Source: Verrucomicrobiota bacterium
Lineage (GTDB): Bacteria; Verrucomicrobiota; Verrucomicrobiia; Limisphaerales; CANJSG01
Direction of reading: 5' to 3'
Length of the DNA stretch: 32,460 nt
NCBI GenBank assembly: GCA_038209745.1
Contig: JBBQXJ010000056.1
Coordinates: forward strand, 1-32,460
Below are positions 8,230-15,614 of this stretch, piece by piece. A program made the translations under genes and the position numbers. The notes beneath the pieces were generated by a model that was not told the DNA's origin, made no database searches, and saw only the letters and a list, made by a program, of their open reading frames with translations. Each line of letters opens with the position of its first letter. The stretch's first letter is position 1.

Positions 8230-9147
8230 ATGGCCGCACACGCCCAACCGAATCAGACGAGCCACCCCCGCTCAGTGGCACAGGCGCTGCCGCCTGCCGA
8301 TTCGGGCGTGGGTGCCCGGAGAACGGCCAACGGCGAGGACGGCTGTGCCACTAGGCCTCCGCACGTCTCGCCTTGGCTGCTGAATTGGTTCGGCCGTTAC
8401 ACCGCCCACTACCTGCGCAGCCACTTCTCCCACGTCTGGCTGGCAGGAGAGGTTCCCCGGCTCGAAGGCCGACCCGTCATTGTCTTCGCCAACCATGCTT
8501 CGTGGTGGGACCCGCTCGTCTGCCTCCATCTGCATCGCAAGTGCTTTGCGGACCGCCCCGCCTTCGCTCCCATCGACGCAAAGGCTCTAGCGCGATATGG
8601 AATCCTCGGGCGGCTTGGCTTCTTCCCGGTGGAACAAGACTCCCGACGCGGTGCCGTCCAATTCCTCCGGGCCAGTCAAGCGATACTGGCCGATCCCGAC
8701 GCCATGCTCTGGCTCACACCCCAAGGAGAATTCCAGGACCAACGCGCCCGACCCTTGCGCTTCAAGCCCGGTCTCGCCCATCTCGTCGGAAGGCTCGACG
8801 CCGCGCTGCTCGTCCCCTTGGCGATCGACTATTTCCACGGTGTCGAGCGTCTGCCCGAGGTGGCCGTGCGTTTCGGCGAACCCATCGAGGTAGCCTCTGA
8901 AGGAACGAGGCGGATCGAGAGCGGACGTCCGGCTCGTCACCTCGGCGGCTACTCGTCCTTTGAAAACGCTCTCGAACAGACCCAGGACCAACTCGCCGAG
9001 GATGTGATGCATCGATCCACCCGTCCTCTCTCGTCCCTGCTTTCGGGTCGCAGCGGCATCGGCGGGATCTACGACCTCTGGCGCCGCGCGAACGCGACGC
9101 TCCGGGGCAGACATTTCGAGGCGGGCCACGGAGATCTGTTGAAATGA
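8230..9147 (+). CDS. PlsC/lysophospholipid-acyltransferase-family protein (probable glycosyl-carotenoid acyltransferase)
   Basis: NHASWWD (HxxxxD), LTPQG and FKPGLAHL motifs; lies between the crtP-like and crtQ-like genes. Confidence 0.82.
   Translation: MAAHAQPNQTSHPRSVAQALPPADSGVGARRTANGEDGCATRPPHVSPWLLNWFGRYTAHYLRSHFSHVWLAGEVPRLEGRPVIVFANHASWWDPLVCLHLHRKCFADRPAFAPIDAKALARYGILGRLGFFPVEQDSRRGAVQFLRASQAILADPDAMLWLTPQGEFQDQRARPLRFKPGLAHLVGRLDAALLVPLAIDYFHGVERLPEVAVRFGEPIEVASEGTRRIESGRPARHLGGYSSFENALEQTQDQLAEDVMHRSTRPLSSLLSGRSGIGGIYDLWRRANATLRGRHFEAGHGDLLK
8274..8352. repeat. Inverted repeat element in the acyltransferase 5' region
   Basis: Perfect 10-bp ends AGTGGCACAG ... CTGTGCCACT with partial further pairing. 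Confidence 0.65.
8890..8952. repeat. 63-bp GTAG-type palindromic element, exactly in frame in the acyltransferase
   Basis: GTAGCCTCTGAAGGAACGAGGCGGA ... TCCGGCTCGTCACCTCGGCGGCTAC, 19 of 25 complementary; encodes VASEGTRRIESGRPARHLGGY. Confidence 0.75.
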
Positions 9148-10403
9148 CGACGCTGCTCCTCATCTGCGCGGTGCTGGCGTTCATTCCCGTCGGACAGTTT
9201 CTGGTCAACCTGTTCTGCTATCGACCGCTGCCGCTCCCAAAAGGTGGACCGGCAGGTCCGTCCTGCCAGGCCGGTGGGGCCGCCTTGCCGCGCAGCCCTG
9301 ACTTCCCCTCGCCACAAGGCGAGTCACCGGCCGTATCCGTCCTCATTCCCGCCCGCAATGAAAGCGCCTCCATTGAAGCCGCCGTCCGATCGGCCTTGAT
9401 CGACCCGAATCCCCACCTTGAAGTCGTGGTGCTCGACGATCATTCCAGCGATGACACCGCCGATATCGTCCAGCGGATTGCCGTCGAAGATCCGCGCGCC
9501 GTGCTCCACCACGCGCCTCCGCTTCCAGCCGGGTGGTGCGGCAAACAGCACGCCTGCCACGTGCTCTCCAGACTGGCGCGTCACGAATGGTTTCTCTTCA
9601 TGGATGCCGACGTCCGCCTGGCTCCAGGATCCGTGGATCGCATGGTAGACTTCGCCAATCGCCAGAAAGCGGACCTGATAAGCGGTGTTCCGCGACAGCT
9701 CACCGGAACCTTCTCCGAACGGCTGCTGATTCCTCTGATCCACTTCGTCCTTCTCGGATATCTGCCGATGCTGCTCATGCGATTGAGTCGGGCACCCGCA
9801 TTCGCCGCCGGCTGCGGTCAGCTCTTCCTCACCCGCCGGGGGGCCTACCGCCTCAGCGGAGGCCACGCGGGCATCCACTCGTCTCTGCACGACGGGCTCA
9901 GCCTTCCCGCTCTGTTCCGCGTCGCCGGGTTTCGCACCGATCTCTTCGACGCCACCCAGGAAGCCGTGTGCCGAATGTATCGAAGCAACGCCGAGGTCTG
10001 GGCCGGGCTTGGGAAAAACGCCACCGAAGGCCTCGGCCATCCCGCACGCATCCTGCCGATGACCCTCCTGCTCATCGGAGGCCAGGTGCTCCCGTGGTTT
10101 CTCCTGCCGTGGAGCTGGCAGGCCGGAGACGCCTGGTGGCGCTTCAGCCTGTTGGTGGTCGCCCTGCCGCTGGCGATCCGCCTCATCGCGGCCCGGCGCT
10201 TCCGGCAGTCGCTGCTCGGGGCCCTCCTCCATCCGCTGGGCGTGGCAGCGCTCATCTGGATCCAGTGGTGCGCCCTGTTCCGACAGTGGCGCGGGCAGCC
10301 GCAGAGCTGGCGCGGGCGGATCTATCCTCCCGTCGTCACCACCTCCAAGGCAGGTTTGATCGCGCCTTCACCCATCGCCCCGTGCGACCCTCCTCGGCTG
10401 TGA
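9144..10403 (+). CDS. crtQ: GT2 glycosyltransferase, CrtQ-like (diapocarotenoate glycosyltransferase)
   Basis: VSVLIPARNE, VLDDHSSD, GWCGKQHAC, FMDADV and C-terminal TM helices; ATGA overlap with the acyltransferase. Confidence 0.82.
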   Translation: MTTLLLICAVLAFIPVGQFLVNLFCYRPLPLPKGGPAGPSCQAGGAALPRSPDFPSPQGESPAVSVLIPARNESASIEAAVRSALIDPNPHLEVVVLDDHSSDDTADIVQRIAVEDPRAVLHHAPPLPAGWCGKQHACHVLSRLARHEWFLFMDADVRLAPGSVDRMVDFANRQKADLISGVPRQLTGTFSERLLIPLIHFVLLGYLPMLLMRLSRAPAFAAGCGQLFLTRRGAYRLSGGHAGIHSSLHDGLSLPALFRVAGFRTDLFDATQEAVCRMYRSNAEVWAGLGKNATEGLGHPARILPMTLLLIGGQVLPWFLLPWSWQAGDAWWRFSLLVVALPLAIRLIAARRFRQSLLGALLHPLGVAALIWIQWCALFRQWRGQPQSWRGRIYPPVVTTSKAGLIAPSPIAPCDPPRL

Positions 10404-10981
10404 ATCCCTCCGCTGTCCGACTCAACATACTGCGTCTCGCCACGCTTCTCTGGTGTCTGGTTGGAATGAGGGTCCAAGCAGAAGCCCCTCCAAAGCCGGC
10501 TCCGGATCGATTCCATCCATTCCAACTCCCGGACCAGTTCCGCCACGCGCACGTCGTCGTGTTCACCAACGCTCCGCTCCAGCTCCTGACCGTCGCGGAC
10601 CAGAAAGGGGCCCGCGGAATGGACGGATGGATCGAAGCCGTGAAAACCCGCTTCGGAACGAACCTCCCCATGATCGCCGTGGCCGATGTGTCCACGGTGC
10701 CGCGACTTCTGCGCGGCTTCATTCGCGGCAAGTTCGTCGATCGCTACCCGTATCCGGTGCTGCTCGATTTCACGGGCGACACCATCGCCGCGTGGAGGCC
10801 GCAGACCGGCCAGCCGAACCTCTACCTCGTGGCAAACGACGGGAAAGTGCTCGGCCGTTTCGTCGGCCACGCTACGCCTTCAAACACGGATCCGCTCCTC
10901 AGCCTGATCGAAACGCAGCGTGTGGACCCAACGGCCGAAACCAACGCTCCACCGAATTCTGTCCGCAGTTCCAAGCCCTAG
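10400..10981 (+). CDS. Secreted hypothetical protein, thioredoxin-like fold without CxxC
   Basis: GTG start overlapping the crtQ stop (GTGA); signal-like N-terminus; FQLPDQF...PVLLDFTG...YLVANDGKV pattern. It is the 3' part of track ORF 9533..10981. Confidence 0.65.
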   Translation: MNPSAVRLNILRLATLLWCLVGMRVQAEAPPKPAPDRFHPFQLPDQFRHAHVVVFTNAPLQLLTVADQKGARGMDGWIEAVKTRFGTNLPMIAVADVSTVPRLLRGFIRGKFVDRYPYPVLLDFTGDTIAAWRPQTGQPNLYLVANDGKVLGRFVGHATPSNTDPLLSLIETQRVDPTAETNAPPNSVRSSKP

Positions 10982-11475
10982 CCGGACGGAGGTTCCCCGG
11001 GTCGGACGTCGTTCAAATCCCCGGCGAAACCCTGTTGGCGCAGCGCCTCGTAGAGCGTCAAGGCCACACAGTTCGACAGGTTCAGGCTGCGCGCCTTGGG
11101 ATTGAACATCGGGATGGTCAGCCAGCGATCGGGGAACCGTTCCAGGAGCGCTTTGGGCAGGCCCGCCGTTTCGCGACCAAAGACCAGGTAGTCGTCGGGA
11201 CCGAACTTCGCCTCGGAGTAGCGCGTCGCCCCCTCCTGTTCGATGAACCAGAGCTTCGCACCGGCAGGCAACTCCGCCTCGAAAGCCGGCCAGTTCGACC
11301 AACGATGCCAGACGAGGTGCCGCCAGTAATCCATGCCGGCGCGCTTCAGCCGGGAGTCGTCGATCTGGAATCCCAGCGGCTCGATCAGATGCAGCGTGGT
11401 GAACGTCGCCGCGCAGAGCCGGGCGATGTTGCCGGTGTTGGGCGGGATCTCCGGTTCGACAAGGACGACGTGCAT
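10978..11475 (-). CDS. trmL: tRNA (cytidine/uridine-34 2'-O)-methyltransferase
   Basis: MHVVLVEPEIPPNTGNIARLCA, KRAGMDYW, FGRETAGL and RSLNLSN SPOUT motifs; start reassigned to 11475. Confidence 0.95.
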   Translation of the reverse strand: MHVVLVEPEIPPNTGNIARLCAATFTTLHLIEPLGFQIDDSRLKRAGMDYWRHLVWHRWSNWPAFEAELPAGAKLWFIEQEGATRYSEAKFGPDDYLVFGRETAGLPKALLERFPDRWLTIPMFNPKARSLNLSNCVALTLYEALRQQGFAGDLNDVRPGEPPSG

Positions 11476-11523
11476 GGAGATCGAAACGGATTTAGCCGGG
11501 CAAAGGCGAACGCCCGGGAGAAC

Positions 11524-11667
11524 AACCCCAGACGGACCCAACTGGACCTAGATGCCCGCGCCTCTCGGAGTCCATGAATTTGGCGAGTCCATGGTGCGGA
11601 CACGGCTGAGACGGGCAGGGCACTCCTGCGAATTTCAATCTGTGTTCATCTGTGTCCATCTGTGGTT
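11524..11667. repeat. Inverted pair of 3x10-bp tandem-unit arms (ATCTGTGTTC-type)
   Basis: AACCCCAGACGGACCCAACTGGACCTAGAT ... ATCTGTGTTCATCTGTGTCCATCTGTGGTT, 22 of 30 complementary. Confidence 0.7.
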
Positions 11668-11688
11668 TCCCTTCCGAAGGCCATCGCC

Positions 11689-12495
11689 CTATTCGCCGGT
11701 TTCGTTCGGGTCTGCGGATTGCGTGCCCTTGGCCTTCTTCCCGTAAAACACCTTCCACAAGACAAGCCCGTGCGCTGGCGCGGTCATTCCGGCGAGGCGG
11801 CGGTCCCTGCCTTCGAGGATCTCGCGGATGTCAGCGGGTTGGATGCGGCCTTCGCCGACCTGGACGAGCGTGCCGACGATGCCGCGGCACATTTTGTAGA
11901 GGAACGCGGTCCCGCGGATGACCACGGTGTGAAGCGGACCGGTGCCGCGAATCGTGACTGCGGTCAGCGTGCGGACGGTGTGGGCCGTGTCGTAGTCCGG
12001 ATTGGCGCGGAACGAGCGGAAGTCGTGCGTGCCGACGAAGTGTTTCGCCGCCGCGCGCATGGCCGCCAGATCGAGCGGCTTCTTCACGTGCCACGACTGT
12101 TTCCTCAGGAGCGGGTGGTGGGCGGCGTGGTTCCAGAGAAGGTAGCGATATTCCTTTCCGCTGGCGTCGAAGCGCGCGTGGAAGTTCTGCGGGGGATGCG
12201 ACGCCGCCAGGACCCGGACGTCTTCCGGCAAGTGCGCGTTCACCGCCAGCACCAGCTTCGTCGGCGTCATCCGCGCCTCGGTTTTGGGCACCTCGAAGTG
12301 GACGACCATGCCAACGGCGTGGACTCCGGTGTCGGTGCGGCTGGAGCTGTGGACGCGCGGTCCGCAGGAAAAGAGCTTGGCCAACGCCTTCTCCAGAATC
12401 TCCTGCACGCCCGTGCCAACGACCTGCATTTGCCAGCCTTGGTAGCCCGCGCCGTCGTAGCCGACGGTCAGGCGGTATTTGACGCTGTCCATCAT
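11689..12495 (-). CDS. truA: tRNA pseudouridine(38-40) synthase
   Basis: YDGAGYQGWQ, SSRTDTGVHA, FHARF, GTHDFRSF and FLYKMCRGIVG...TAPAHGL. Confidence 0.95.
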   Translation of the reverse strand: MMDSVKYRLTVGYDGAGYQGWQMQVVGTGVQEILEKALAKLFSCGPRVHSSSRTDTGVHAVGMVVHFEVPKTEARMTPTKLVLAVNAHLPEDVRVLAASHPPQNFHARFDASGKEYRYLLWNHAAHHPLLRKQSWHVKKPLDLAAMRAAAKHFVGTHDFRSFRANPDYDTAHTVRTLTAVTIRGTGPLHTVVIRGTAFLYKMCRGIVGTLVQVGEGRIQPADIREILEGRDRRLAGMTAPAHGLVLWKVFYGKKAKGTQSADPNETGE

Positions 12496-12541
12496 CGCCC
12501 GATCTTCCGAGGTGCCCGTCTTGGGGCTGTCTCCAGAGAGC

Positions 12542-12675
12542 AACCACGGATTGACACGGTTGGACCCAGTTGGAGGCGTCTCTCCAGGAAGACGAACCGG
12601 AAGCTCGCCACCAAACCATCAGCCAGCGAAGTCGCTACTCCCATGATGTGTGTTCATCTGTGTCCATCGGTGGTT
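12542..12675. repeat. Second copy of the 3x10-bp inverted element
   Basis: AACCACGGATTGACACGGTTGGACCCAGTT ... ATGTGTGTTCATCTGTGTCCATCGGTGGTT; the right arm is 28/30 identical to 11638-11667. Confidence 0.75.
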
Positions 12676-12688
12676 GAAACCCGCCGGT

Positions 12689-13108
12689 TCAGACATTGCC
12701 GCCGATGGCGTCGAGGTAGCTCTGGAGCAGCAGCGCGGCGGCCATCTTGTCCACCTTCTCGCGCTTGTCCTTGGTCTTCACGCCGCGCTCGCTCATCAGG
12801 CGGTTGGCCTGCACGGAGGTCAGGCGCTCGTCCCAGGAACGCACCGGAATGGGGATGATCTCCTTCAGCACGATGATGAACTGCCGGACCTTCTCGGCGG
12901 CAGGACCGTAGCTGCCGTCCATGTTGCGCGGCATCCCGACGACGATCTGTTCGACCTCCTTTTCGCGGATGAGCAGTTTGAGCCGATCGACGAAAGCATT
13001 GAATGGCTCCGCTGGAATGAACTCCAGCGGATGGGCCAGCATCTTCAATTCGTCGCTAACGGCGACGCCGATCCGGACGGTGCCGTGGTCGAGGGCAAGA
13101 ACGCGCAT
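12689..13108 (-). CDS. ruvX: Holliday-junction-resolvase-like / pre-16S rRNA nuclease YqgF
   Basis: LALDHGTVRIGVAVSD, VVGMP, WDERLTS and VDKMAAALLLQSYLD. Confidence 0.95.
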   Translation of the reverse strand: MRVLALDHGTVRIGVAVSDELKMLAHPLEFIPAEPFNAFVDRLKLLIREKEVEQIVVGMPRNMDGSYGPAAEKVRQFIIVLKEIIPIPVRSWDERLTSVQANRLMSERGVKTKDKREKVDKMAAALLLQSYLDAIGGNV

Positions 13109-13161
13109 GGCGGGACGCTAGCGGCCGGGCGAAGGGGTTTCCAGTCCGGTGACTGGAGAAG

Positions 13162-13962
13162 TCATTTCCGTTGTTGCGACCCAGCGGCCTCAGCCGCTTC
13201 ACCAGCCGCCGCGGCTGCTGGGCCAAACTTGCGCAGCACGGCCTTCGCTCGCTGCCCCAGGCCTAGCTCTGCATGTTCCATGAACTCCACCAATTGTGGG
13301 ACGCAGTCTTCAGTTCGACTCGGGATGACTTCCATCGCCATCACCGCAACAGAATGGCGGTATTCGGATTTGGTCCGGTTCAAGCCTTCGGCGATGAAAG
13401 ACACAGCGGGAGAAGCGGCTTTGTTTAGGTTGACCAAGACACTGACTGTGTTCGCCCACTGCGCGTCATCGATGCTACCCTCCAATTCGTCGATCAAGGT
13501 CTGGATCGGCTCGTTTCGAATGCGAAACAGGGCGCCTCTCGCAAAAATCGGCAGATTCAGGTCGCCGTCCGATCCCGCCAACGCGACGGCTCTCTCCAAA
13601 GCTGGAATGGCCACCGCCGCCCTCGGACCCAACCGACCCAATCCGATCGCGGCTTCGGCACGATGATGAACCTTCATCGGAACCCGAATGCGCCAATTCC
13701 AAGCCGCCTGTTGAAGCCAAATCATGGGGCCAGAAGGCCTCCATTCCACCTCGTCGATCAGCCACCTCACGGCCCGATCATCCATCTCTGAAAATGCAGC
13801 CAAAGCTTCTTCGTCGGCATCCGAATTGACCCTTTCCCGCTCGATCCAGTGGCTGATCGGCTGCCCACGACAGACCGGCTCGGAGCGTGAACGCACGAAC
13901 CAAGCCCCGGCTGCCACAGCGGCAACCAAGGCGATCAGCGCTAATGTCCGTCTGCGTTTCAT
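13162..13962 (-). CDS. Hypothetical membrane-anchored HEAT-repeat-like protein
   Basis: Basic plus hydrophobic N-terminus; AAIGLGRLGPRAAVAIPAL and VLRKFGPAAA HEAT-like helical repeats; more A/T-ending codons than its neighbours. Confidence 0.65.
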   Translation of the reverse strand: MKRRRTLALIALVAAVAAGAWFVRSRSEPVCRGQPISHWIERERVNSDADEEALAAFSEMDDRAVRWLIDEVEWRPSGPMIWLQQAAWNWRIRVPMKVHHRAEAAIGLGRLGPRAAVAIPALERAVALAGSDGDLNLPIFARGALFRIRNEPIQTLIDELEGSIDDAQWANTVSVLVNLNKAASPAVSFIAEGLNRTKSEYRHSVAVMAMEVIPSRTEDCVPQLVEFMEHAELGLGQRAKAVLRKFGPAAAAAGEAAEAAGSQQRK

Positions 13963-14035
13963 GGGAATTTCACCTCGGTGTTCGGCGATTGAGGGAGGCT
14001 AAGGCGCAGGCCGTAGGTTGGCGAGCGGTTGGACG

Positions 14036-14186
14036 GGTGGGGACGTTTCGCCGAAAAGTCCCCACCTACCGCCGCAGGTGGTGCGAGCGGAGCGTGCATC
14101 TCGGAGTCTGGCCGACAGGCGGAGATCCTCCCTGCGGTCGTCTCGCGCCGCTCGATTCTGGGACGGCTCGGCGAACCGTCCCTACC
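14036..14186. repeat. Intergenic GTAG-type inverted REP pair (REPIN-like)
   Basis: GGTGGGGACGTTTCGCCGAAAAGTCCCCACC hairpin and the inverted partner GGGACGGCTCGGCGAACCGTCCCTACC. Confidence 0.8.
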
Positions 14187-14196
14187 TTTCGTCGGT

Positions 14197-15486
14197 TCAG
14201 GCAATCGCCTTCATCACCTTCGCCGCCGCTTCCACCGTCGTTTCGATGTCGGCCTCTGTGTGGGCGGCGGAGATGAAGCCCGCTTCGAACTGGGACGGAG
14301 CGAGGTAGACGCCGGCTTCGAGCAGTCCGTGGAAATACTTCGCGAAGCGTTGGCGGTCGGCCTTCATCGCGTCGGCCAGATTGTGGACCGGCCCATCGGT
14401 GAAGTAGCCGCAGAACATGGAGCCGATGCGCTTGAAGGTGACGGGCACGCCGGCGGACTTGGCGGCGTCCTTCATCCCGGCTTCAAGCTGGGCGCCGCGC
14501 TGTTCCAGGATCGCATAACGATTGCCATCCTGGAGTTCCTTCAACGCGGCCAAACCGGCGGCCATCGCGAGCGGGTTTCCGCTCAAGGTGCCGGCCTGGT
14601 AGACGGGGCCAAGCGGCGCCAAGTAGTCCATGATCTCGGCGCGGCCGCCGAAGGCCCCGACCGGGAGACCGCCGCCGATGATCTTGCCGAAGCAGCTCAG
14701 GTCGGGCGTCAGGCCGAAGAGCTGTTGCGCGCCGCCCGGGGCCAGCCGGAAGCCGGTCATGACCTCGTCGAAGACGAAGAGGGCGCCGCTCTCACGGCAA
14801 AGCTTGGCCAGCAGATCGTAGTAGCCGGGTTTGGGGAGATAGAGGCCGGCATTGCCCGGGACGCCCTCGACGATGACGCAGGCGATCTCGCGTCCGCGTT
14901 CGGCGAAGAGCGTCGTGATGGCGCCCTCGTCGTTGTAGGGGAGGACGAGCGTGTGTTTGGCCAGATCGGCCGGGACGCCGGCGCTGTCGGGATGGCCGAA
15001 GGTCAGCGCACCGGAACCGGCTTTGACCAGGAGCGAATCGGCGTGGCCATGGTAGCAGCCGTCGAACTTGACGATGGTGTCTCGCTTGGTGAAACCGCGG
15101 GCGAGCCGAATGGCGGACATGCAGGCCTCCGTGCCGGAGCTGCAAAACCGCACCTTCTGGACGCTGGGGACGAGTCCGCAGACGGCCTTGGCCATCTCGA
15201 CCTCGAAGGGGTTGGAAATCCCGAAGCTGGTGCCGTGTTCCGCCGCCGCTTTGATGGCGTCGATGATTGGCTTGGCCGCGTGACCGAGGATGGCGGGGCC
15301 CCAGGTGCCGACGTAGTCGATGTATTCATTGCCATCGACGTCCCAGATGCGGGCGCCCTTGGCGCGATCGACGAAGAACGGCGTGCCGCCGACGGCGCGG
15401 AAGGCGCGAACGGGCGAATTCACGCCACCGGGAATGTAGTTCAGGGCTTCGGCGAACAGGGCTTCAGATTTGGCATGAGACCGCAT
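14197..15486 (-). CDS. hemL: Glutamate-1-semialdehyde 2,1-aminomutase
   Basis: [49 protein letters not shown] and QAGTLSGNP; start reassigned to ATG 15486. Confidence 0.96.
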   Translation of the reverse strand: MRSHAKSEALFAEALNYIPGGVNSPVRAFRAVGGTPFFVDRAKGARIWDVDGNEYIDYVGTWGPAILGHAAKPIIDAIKAAAEHGTSFGISNPFEVEMAKAVCGLVPSVQKVRFCSSGTEACMSAIRLARGFTKRDTIVKFDGCYHGHADSLLVKAGSGALTFGHPDSAGVPADLAKHTLVLPYNDEGAITTLFAERGREIACVIVEGVPGNAGLYLPKPGYYDLLAKLCRESGALFVFDEVMTGFRLAPGGAQQLFGLTPDLSCFGKIIGGGLPVGAFGGRAEIMDYLAPLGPVYQAGTLSGNPLAMAAGLAALKELQDGNRYAILEQRGAQLEAGMKDAAKSAGVPVTFKRIGSMFCGYFTDGPVHNLADAMKADRQRFAKYFHGLLEAGVYLAPSQFEAGFISAAHTEADIETTVEAAAKVMKAIA

Positions 15487-15614
15487 GGGCCAATGATAAG
15501 CACCCGGGAGAAAACAAGAAAGAGGCGAACCGCAGACGACGCGGAACAGGCGGATCTCCAATCTGCTTGGCCCGGGTTTTCAGCCGCCCAGCTCCGGCGA
15601 CGAATCCCGGCGGC

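Noticed and set aside
11524..12675. Possible CRISPR array from the ~30-bp repeats
   Set aside because: Only two inverted pairs separated by a whole gene, no regular repeat-spacer pattern and no cas genes.
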